From: an uncultured Clostridia bacterium
Lineage (GTDB): Bacteria; Bacillota; Clostridia; Christensenellales; UBA1242
Reading direction: 5' to 3'
NCBI GenBank assembly: GCA_944383945.1
Contig: CALWRL010000001.1
Location: forward strand, 1-32,545
DNA: 32,545 nucleotides
Below the pieces are notes generated by a model, which saw only the letters and a list, made by a program, of their open reading frames with translations, was not told the DNA's origin and ran no database searches. Shown here piece after piece: positions 26,412 to 32,545 of this stretch. A program made the position numbers and the translations under genes. Every line of letters starts with the position of its first letter. Positions within the stretch are counted from its first letter, which is position 1.

Positions 26412-27044
26412 TTACATTTCTAAAACCTTACCTTCAATTTTTGTAACAGTAGAATTGTCTATTAAAATTGCTTGTCCATCATTTAATTTGGTAATAAAAA
26501 TATCATTATCGGATTGACATTCCAGTAGTTTATTTTCACAATTCTCATACATTTTAGGGAAATTATTACAATGTGGGCAGATATTTATTTTGCATAATCC
26601 CATACCAGTAAAGTCAGTTATTTTTAAAGTATTCATTTCAGGAGTTAAATAATTACAAATAGAAAAATTTTCTCCACATACCATAGACCCAGCAGAACGA
26701 CCTGCTATAAATGTGTTTTCTTTTAATAATTTTTTGAAAACACCTTCGCTTTTACTTTGTCGTATCCAATACATTAATCTAAAAGGACTTCCACCGTCTA
26801 AATACACCAAATTATATTGAAATAATAATTTTGGGTCATCATATTCTAAATCAATAAAGTCTATAGTCTTAGCACCCATTTTAAGAAAAATTCTTTTAGC
26901 TTTTTGTGGGCCATTGGCATTTTCTTTCTCATCTTTGGCTGTTGTAATAATCGCTATTTTAAAATCATCCTTAATAAAACTTTTGAATAAATTATAAATT
27001 TCATTACTGTCTATTCCGTTTGAAGTTAAAATTATCTTTCCCAT
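26412..27044 (-). CDS. Peptidase S51 family protein (dipeptidase E-like, class I glutamine amidotransferase-like fold)
   Basis: Family-typical layout: KIAIITTA..., a nucleophile-elbow-like IAGRSAGSMV, and a downstream His. AAGGAG SD. Confidence 0.7.
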   Translation of the reverse strand: MGKIILTSNGIDSNEIYNLFKSFIKDDFKIAIITTAKDEKENANGPQKAKRIFLKMGAKTIDFIDLEYDDPKLLFQYNLVYLDGGSPFRLMYWIRQSKSEGVFKKLLKENTFIAGRSAGSMVCGENFSICNYLTPEMNTLKITDFTGMGLCKINICPHCNNFPKMYENCENKLLECQSDNDIFITKLNDGQAILIDNSTVTKIEGKVLEM

Positions 27045-27099
27045 AAATTGCTCCTTATAAATTTCATAATATCATAATCAAAAGTAGAATTCAATATAT

Positions 27100-27132
27100 A
27101 AAAAAATAAGTCAGAACTCGACTTACTTTTTT
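27100..27132 (-). terminator. Terminator after tRNA-Ser
   Basis: taagtc (27107-27112) pairs with gactta (27120-27125), with flanking A/T runs. Confidence 0.5.
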
Positions 27133-27133
27133 G

Positions 27134-27222
<89 letters not shown>

Positions 27223-27242
27223 ATTTATTCGCTTGTGTTGCA

Positions 27243-27271
27243 ATTTTATCACATTAAAAATCACATTGCAA
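27243..27271 (-). promoter_or_regulatory. Extended -10 promoter for tRNA-Ser
   Basis: On the minus strand: TTGCAA (27266-27271), 17-nt spacer, TGaTAAAAT (-10 at 27243-27248), 20 nt upstream of the tRNA 5' end. Confidence 0.5.
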
Positions 27272-27280
27272 GCGATTTTT

Positions 27281-28372
27281 TTACACATTAAATCTAAAAA
27301 GCATTATATCTCCGTCTTGAACAATATATTCTTTCCCCTCAATTCTAACTTTTCCTTTTTCTTTTGCTGCAACATAAGAACCACATTCAATTAAATCGTT
27401 GTATTTAACAACTTCTGCCTTGATAAAGCCTTTTTCAAAATCGGTGTGAATCTTACCCGCCGCCTGTGGGGCTTTAGAACCTTTTTTAATTGTCCACGCT
27501 CTAACTTCCTTTTCCCCAGCAGTTAAAAAACTCATAAGTCCTAAAAGGTTGTAGCTTGCTGAAACAAGTTTTTCTAGTCCGCTTTCAACAATTCCTAATT
27601 CTTCTTTAAACAATTCTCTTTCATCACTAGGAAGAGCAATTAATTCTTCTTCAATTTTTGCGGAAAGAGCAATAACCTCAGCTCCTTCACTTTGAGCAAT
27701 CTCTTTAACTTGCATAACAAATTGATTGTCTGGCTTGCCAATTTCATCTTCTGCAATGTTTGCAACATAAATTATAGGTTTTGAAGAAAGGAGAAAGAAT
27801 GAATTTAAAATTTGTTTTTGGTCTTTTGAAAGCTCAACTGTTCTTGCGCTTATTCCCTGTTCTAATGCTGGTTTTATTTTTTGCAAAACTTCAAATTCTT
27901 CTTTTGCCCCTTTTTCACCAACTTTTAATAGCTTAGATGCTTTTTCAAATCTTTTGTTGACCGTTTCCAAGTCGGCTAAAACCAACTCTAAGTTTATAAC
28001 TTCAATATCTCTTTTCGGATTAATACTTCCATTAACATGAATTATTTTGTCGTTTTCAAAACATCTAACAACATGAACAATTGCATCAACTTCTCTTATA
28101 TGGCTTAAAAACTTATTTCCAAGGCCTTCACCCTTGCTTGCTCCTTCAACCAAACCTGCAATATCTACAAATTCGATTGAAGCTGGAATTATTTTGTTTG
28201 TGTTATATAGCTTTGCAAGTTCGTTTAATCTGTAATCTGGAACATCAACAACTCCAACATTCGGTTCAATAGTGCAGAACGGATAATTCGCACTTTCCGC
28301 GCCTGCATTTGTTATTGCATTAAACAATGTGCTTTTGCCAACATTTGGAAGTCCTACAACGCCTATTTTCAT
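27281..28372 (-). CDS. ychF: Redox-regulated ribosome-binding ATPase YchF
   Basis: Motifs GVVGLPNVGKSTLFNA and FCTIEPN, with the C-terminal TGS-like region DGDIMLFRFNV. Confidence 0.95.
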   Translation of the reverse strand: MKIGVVGLPNVGKSTLFNAITNAGAESANYPFCTIEPNVGVVDVPDYRLNELAKLYNTNKIIPASIEFVDIAGLVEGASKGEGLGNKFLSHIREVDAIVHVVRCFENDKIIHVNGSINPKRDIEVINLELVLADLETVNKRFEKASKLLKVGEKGAKEEFEVLQKIKPALEQGISARTVELSKDQKQILNSFFLLSSKPIIYVANIAEDEIGKPDNQFVMQVKEIAQSEGAEVIALSAKIEEELIALPSDERELFKEELGIVESGLEKLVSASYNLLGLMSFLTAGEKEVRAWTIKKGSKAPQAAGKIHTDFEKGFIKAEVVKYNDLIECGSYVAAKEKGKVRIEGKEYIVQDGDIMLFRFNV

Positions 28373-28480
28373 ATTTTTTTACTCTCCATATTCAAATTAA
28401 ATAAAAATATATTAAAACTTAACAAATAAAATTTTAATGTAAACATAGAATATAATAAAAAGGAGAAAAAAGCAAGGGAA

Positions 28481-29272
28481 ATGACAATCTGGGTTGCTTT
28501 AATTTTAGGTGTTGTTCAAGGCTTAACAGAGTTTTTACCTGTTTCGAGTAGCGGGCATTTAACTTTGTTAAATAAAATTTTTGGAATCGAGGAAAACACT
28601 TTGATTTTAGCAATATTATTGCATCTAGCAACATTATTTGCTGTTATCTTTGTTTTGCGAAAAGAAGTTTGGGAAATTGTTAAAAGGCCATTTTCAAAAA
28701 TGGCAATCAACTTATATATTGCAACAATTCCAACCGTTATTATAGTTCTTTTAACAAAAGGTTTGCTAGAAGATTCTTTCACAAGCGCTAAGCTTTTACC
28801 TTATTGCTTTTTGTTTACAGCTGTTTTGCTTTTTATAACATATTTGATAGGTGAAAAAAACAAATCTAAAAAAACATTTATAAAAACAAACGAATTTAAA
28901 AACAACAGGCGAACACCAATAATAATGGGAATTGCACAAGGCGTTGCTGTTTTACCTGGAATTTCTCGTTCAGGCTCAACAATTTGCGCAGGGCTATTAG
29001 CAGGGGAAGAAAGAGAAACTGTTGCAAAGTTTTCATTTTTAATGAGTATACCAATTATCTTAGCTTCAATGCTGTGGGAAATTATTTCTGGCGATTTAAG
29101 TTCAATTTCTTCTCCTAGCATGATTGCGCCGATATTAGTTTCGTTTATTTCTGCTTTTTTAATTGGAATTGTTTCTATTAAATTGATGCTAAAAATTGTT
29201 GAAAAGGCAAAATATTATTGGTTTTCTATATATTTAATAGGCGTTTCAATTTTATCATTTTTTGTTGTTTAA
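28481..29272 (+). CDS. uppP: Undecaprenyl-diphosphate phosphatase
   Basis: Motifs GLTEFLPVSSSGH and PGISRSGSTI. Polytopic membrane protein. Confidence 0.9.
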   Translation: MTIWVALILGVVQGLTEFLPVSSSGHLTLLNKIFGIEENTLILAILLHLATLFAVIFVLRKEVWEIVKRPFSKMAINLYIATIPTVIIVLLTKGLLEDSFTSAKLLPYCFLFTAVLLFITYLIGEKNKSKKTFIKTNEFKNNRRTPIIMGIAQGVAVLPGISRSGSTICAGLLAGEERETVAKFSFLMSIPIILASMLWEIISGDLSSISSPSMIAPILVSFISAFLIGIVSIKLMLKIVEKAKYYWFSIYLIGVSILSFFVV

Positions 29273-29328
29273 ACTTTTTTTGTCTAAATTATAGATTTTA
29301 TGGAAATAATTTCAAACAGAGGTTGTTT

Positions 29329-29577
29329 ATGAGAAAAAAAACTATAACTTTAGACGAGGTAAAACAAAGAATTAAAGACCTTAAAGGTGAAAATATTTCT
29401 ATGGCAATTAATAGAGGAAGAAAAAAAATGGATTACTTTAACGCTGTTATTGATTGTATTTATCCTAGCGTTTTTACGGTTAAAGTAAATGCGACAAATC
29501 AATTAGATGTTCAAACTTTTTCTTATTTTGATGTTTTGTGCGGCGATGTTGAAATAGAAAAAATATCTGGTGCATAG
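29329..29577 (+). CDS. veg: Veg protein (biofilm-stimulating small protein family)
   Basis: The segment RGRKKMDYFNAVIDCIYPSVFTVKV...FSYFDVLCGDVEI aligns by eye to B. subtilis Veg ([25 protein letters not shown]...YSYADILTETVEL). I use ATG 29329 with an AGAGG SD. The track start at 29218 overlaps uppP. Confidence 0.8.
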   Translation: MRKKTITLDEVKQRIKDLKGENISMAINRGRKKMDYFNAVIDCIYPSVFTVKVNATNQLDVQTFSYFDVLCGDVEIEKISGA

Positions 29578-29668
29578 TCTATTTTTGTTAGTTTTTCAAC
29601 TTTTTAACCATTTTTTGGAATATTTCATACTAATTTATAATAACAATTTTTGCAAATTGCAATTTTAG

Positions 29669-29697
29669 TTGATTTTTTAAGAGTTTTTTATTAAAAT
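29669..29697 (+). promoter_or_regulatory. Candidate promoter upstream of the small membrane protein gene
   Basis: TTGATT (29669-29674), 17-nt spacer, TAAAAT (29692-29697). This would give a leader of about 95 nt. Confidence 0.35.
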
Positions 29698-29797
29698 CTT
29701 TCTTAGATTCATCTTAACTTAACTAAAAATTAATGGGGGCAATTTATGGGAGAGTATGAAGTTTAAAGTAAATTCTAATAAAAAATGGAGGGGTTGA

Positions 29798-30208
29798 ATG
29801 AGCGAATACGAAATATTTGGCGAAGATGAAGAATTTGAGCCAATGCCAAAACAAGAAAAGAAAGAAACCATTTACAAAGAAAAGAAACAATGTTGTTTTA
29901 ACAGCTTTTTTAAAGAATTGTTTTCATTAAATAATGTTTCTTTATTCCTATCTATTTGTTCAATATTTTTAACATTGATTTTAGGTTTAACAACTTTAGT
30001 TGCAAAAACAAAAGGAGCTTTTATTGCTGTTGCAATTTTCTTTGTTTTTGGGTTCATGTTAGGCTTTGCTGGTTTAATTGTTGAAATTGTAAAAATGGTT
30101 AAACAAAAACATTTTAGTTTTAGTGTTCATTTTGTTTTAAGCATTGTTTCTTTATTCTTAATTTGTTTTGTTGGTCCTTTAACAACAAATTTATATCCTG
30201 TTTTATAA
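29798..30208 (+). CDS. Hypothetical small membrane protein (acidic N-terminus, about three TM helices)
   Basis: GGAGGGG SD 5 nt upstream. Hydrophobic segments are evident. A terminator follows. Confidence 0.7.
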   Translation: MSEYEIFGEDEEFEPMPKQEKKETIYKEKKQCCFNSFFKELFSLNNVSLFLSICSIFLTLILGLTTLVAKTKGAFIAVAIFFVFGFMLGFAGLIVEIVKMVKQKHFSFSVHFVLSIVSLFLICFVGPLTTNLYPVL

Positions 30209-30232
30209 AGTCGAATTCGACTTTATTTTTTT
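30207..30232 (+). terminator. Rho-independent terminator
   Basis: aaagtcg (30207-30213) pairs with cgacttt (30218-30224) across loop aatt, followed by a T-run at 30226-30232. Confidence 0.7.
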
Positions 30233-30258
30233 AAGAGATAAATTATAAAGAAGGTTAT

Positions 30259-31194
30259 ATGAGCGCTTTAGATATTATTATTGCATGTTTCTGTGCTTTA
30301 ATTGGTTTTTTTATTATTTTTGTTTCATGCGGCTTTTTCGCCTACTTTGTTTCATTAAGAAGAAAAGGAATTGCAGGAAAAGTTATAAACAAAAAATTCC
30401 AATCGGAACTAGCTAGTTATAAAATAGATTATAAGTGGTGGGAAACAGTTCCTTGCGAAAACATCAATTTTAAAATAAAAAATGAAAACATTTCTGTAAC
30501 AACAATAAAAAACGACTCATCAAAAAAAGTTGCAATACTTGTTCATGGCTATTTTGGAAATTTTAAAGATGTTAGCCCTTGGGCTAAAATGTTTTATGAA
30601 AAAGGCTATAACATTGTTGCACCAGACCTTATGTCTCATGGCAATAGCACGGGCAGCAAAATTACTATGGGTTTTATTGAAAAAAATCATTTGTTTCAAT
30701 TAATTTTAAAAAGTGTTGATTGGTTTGGCAAAGATTGCCAAATTGTTCTTTTTGGGGAATCTATGGGCGGAGCAACTGTTTTAATGTGTAGCGAACAAAA
30801 TTTGCCAAAAAATGTGAAATGTGTTGTTTCTGACAGCGCATATTCAAACGCATACAAGGAAATGAAACATACAATATCAAAAAGAACTTTTTTGCCACCT
30901 TTTATGTTTTTGCCTGTTGCAAACTTTTTTTCAATAATTTTTAATAAATGCAATCTAAAAAAAGCAAGCCCTATTGACAGCGTTAAAAAAGCATCTCTTC
31001 CTTTGCTTTTTATTCATGGAAAATCCGACAAATTTGTTCCTTCATCAATGAGCGTGGAAATGTTTGAAGCTTCAAATAAAAAAAATTGCAAGTTGTATCT
31101 TGTTGAAAATGCTGACCACATAAAAAGTTATGCAACCAATCCTTACCAATATGAAAAAGTTGTTTTTTCGTTTGTTGATAATTATGTAAATTAA
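30259..31194 (+). CDS. Membrane-anchored alpha/beta-fold hydrolase
   Basis: N-terminal TM helix. Motifs VAILVHGYFGN, nucleophile elbow GESMGG, FIHGKSDKFVP and a distal His (ADHIKSY). Confidence 0.8.
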   Translation: MSALDIIIACFCALIGFFIIFVSCGFFAYFVSLRRKGIAGKVINKKFQSELASYKIDYKWWETVPCENINFKIKNENISVTTIKNDSSKKVAILVHGYFGNFKDVSPWAKMFYEKGYNIVAPDLMSHGNSTGSKITMGFIEKNHLFQLILKSVDWFGKDCQIVLFGESMGGATVLMCSEQNLPKNVKCVVSDSAYSNAYKEMKHTISKRTFLPPFMFLPVANFFSIIFNKCNLKKASPIDSVKKASLPLLFIHGKSDKFVPSSMSVEMFEASNKKNCKLYLVENADHIKSYATNPYQYEKVVFSFVDNYVN

Positions 31195-31205
31195 TTATCA
31201 TTTGT

Positions 31206-31234
31206 TTGACATCTTTTTTTATTAATGCTAATAT
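31206..31234 (+). promoter_or_regulatory. Sigma-A promoter for the lipoprotein gene
   Basis: TTGACA (31206-31211), 17-nt spacer, TAATAT (31229-31234). Confidence 0.5.
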
Positions 31235-31271
31235 GTTTTTGCTTTAAAATAAATAATAAAAGGTGGATAGA

Positions 31272-32318
31272 ATGAAAAGATTTATTTCTTGTGCTTTGGC
31301 GTTATGTTTAATAGTTGTGGGGTTTTTGTTTGCCGGCTGCGGTTCTCGTGAAATAGTTTTAAACGGAGGCCCTGCTTACACAGATAAAATTTATGGAAAT
31401 GGTGGCTTTATTGTTACTAAAGGCGATTATGTTTATTTCACAGATTCTTACATTAAATCCTCTTCTTTAGGGTCATCAATAACAAACGAATTAGGAACTG
31501 TTATTGAAACAGGTTTATATCGTGCAAAGATGACAACAGAAATAATTTCAGATGTTGAAACACCTGTTTTAACCGAAGTTAAGTTAATGGTTTCTAAAAC
31601 TGTTGGTTTTGAAAACAGCGGGTTGTATATTTTCAAAGACAAAATATATTTTGCATCACCAACAACAGACAAAGACAGTTCTGGGGTGAGATACGATTTA
31701 ATAACTTTTTACTCATGTAATTTAGATGGTTCAAACTTACAAAAATTTTACCAAACAGAAGAATTTTCCGGCGGTAAATTTTCAATGACAATGATAAACG
31801 AAAAAGTTTACCTTTTAATTTACACAGGCAGCGATATAATAAAGGTTGATGAAAATGGAAATTCAACAACAATGGCAAGCGATGTAACAGGGGCAATTCT
31901 TCCACAAAGAACAACTGTTTTCGAATCTTCTGAAAATCCAAGTGCAATTGAATGCTTTGTTTACTACACGGTTGACAAAGAAAGCCAAGGTAGTATAAAA
32001 ATGGGAAACATTTTATATAAAGCAGAAATTGAAACAGGAAAAGTAACAGAATTATTAAACGAAGAAAGAATTTCAGTAACATTAAATTCGTTAGTATCAG
32101 GAAGAATTTTCTACACAAGAAACAATCTTTTTGCAGAAGGTTCAATTTCAGATTTTAATATATATTCAAACACATTGGACGGAAAAACATTTTATGCAAG
32201 CGAAGTTAAACACTTCGATGAAGATGCAATTAACTATATTGCATTAGGGGAATTTGAAGGCAACAACTTAGGATTTGCATATCTTTCCGCTGACGAAAAA
32301 ATTATAATAAAGAACTAA
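31272..32318 (+). CDS. Putative lipoprotein with beta-propeller-like repeats (DUF5050-like)
   Basis: Signal peptide plus lipobox (LFAGC). Recurrent motifs of the form ...IYF/VYF...(LDG/ENG/ETG)... are suggestive of propeller blades. I use ATG 31272 because AAGGTGG lies 6 nt upstream. Confidence 0.75.
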   Translation: MKRFISCALALCLIVVGFLFAGCGSREIVLNGGPAYTDKIYGNGGFIVTKGDYVYFTDSYIKSSSLGSSITNELGTVIETGLYRAKMTTEIISDVETPVLTEVKLMVSKTVGFENSGLYIFKDKIYFASPTTDKDSSGVRYDLITFYSCNLDGSNLQKFYQTEEFSGGKFSMTMINEKVYLLIYTGSDIIKVDENGNSTTMASDVTGAILPQRTTVFESSENPSAIECFVYYTVDKESQGSIKMGNILYKAEIETGKVTELLNEERISVTLNSLVSGRIFYTRNNLFAEGSISDFNIYSNTLDGKTFYASEVKHFDEDAINYIALGEFEGNNLGFAYLSADEKIIIKN

Positions 32319-32545
32319 TGAAATAATCTGGGTAAGAAAATATGTTTAAAGAATAATAAACTAAAAATATGAAGAAATATGATATAAAATAATAGCCAGA
32401 AGATTAAAAAGAAGAACTTTATAAAAAATAATAATTAGAATATATTAATACTTTAATGGATTAATTATGAGAATATCTAATTATATTTCTTATCTTATTT
32501 AACTTAAACTGCTTTTAATTAAATTATAAAATATTTTATGAAATA

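Noticed and set aside
27229-27275. Imperfect inverted repeat (cgcttg..ttgcaat / attgcaagcg) enclosing the tRNA-Ser promoter, considered as a ychF terminator or operator
   Set aside because: Pairing requires a 5-nt bulge and no U-tract follows. Much of the symmetry comes from the self-complementary hexamer TTGCAA, which is also the -35 box.
28373-28480. Divergent strand switch (ychF on -, uppP on +) as a possible replication origin
   Set aside because: The region is only 108 nt, has no DnaA boxes and has no dnaA or dnaN nearby. The window also contains a convergent switch at about 14.7 kb, so these are local operon orientations rather than replichore boundaries.
29756-29797. 13-codon upstream ORF (MKFKVNSNKKWRG) ending in a TGA directly abutting ATG 29798
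   Set aside because: Short ORFs are frequent in AT-rich leaders, its own SD spacing is poor, and I have no conservation evidence. It would only merit attention if conserved in relatives.
32319-32545. Extremely AT-rich non-coding tail at the window end, considered as oriC, an unwinding element or an sRNA
   Set aside because: It has no DnaA boxes, hairpin terminator, convincing promoter or ORF, and the window ends before any context is available.

Overview
A strongly AT-rich, tightly packed chromosomal segment from a low-GC, cell-walled Firmicute (Bacillota). That assignment rests on murB, uppP, veg, whiA, yaaT, a Spo0A-type DNA-binding domain and Firmicute-style synteny. Nearly all of it is housekeeping. 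On the + strand: the tail of a probable rpsB, tsf, an MBL-fold hydrolase, holB-yaaT-yabB-rsmI-murB, a PHP phosphoesterase, whiA, dnaE-pfkA and an orphan 488-aa protein. On the - strand: ychF, tRNA-Ser(GGA), an S51 peptidase, a PH-domain membrane protein, then an Ig-like surface protein followed by mnmE-mnmG-rsmG, parA-parB and ftsH. The + strand resumes with uppP, veg, a small membrane protein, an alpha/beta hydrolase and a lipoprotein. I saw no CRISPR array, transposase, integrase, phage block or recognisable defence or toxin system, and I cannot point to a clear multi-gene novel system. The points I consider worth follow-up are: (1) a Spo0A-family regulator whose receiver domain lacks the acidic pocket, with exact 0A-box heptamers in two promoter regions; (2) four genes, including holB and dnaE, whose canonical -35/-10 promoter ends 6-7 nt before the start codon with no Shine-Dalgarno, which suggests leaderless mRNAs, two of them starting with GTG; (3) a PHP phosphoesterase interrupted by one in-frame TGA, in a window where every TGA stop sits in a gene overlap; (4) two perfect 16-bp parS palindromes bracketing parB, and a ParB with RERR in place of the conserved GERR; (5) mutually exclusive hairpins between parB and ftsH; (6) an FtsH with a roughly 170-aa Lys/Glu tail containing a SHOCT-like motif; and (7) an orphan 488-aa protein. 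All promoter, terminator and homology calls were made by eye from the sequence and translations, with no searches run.
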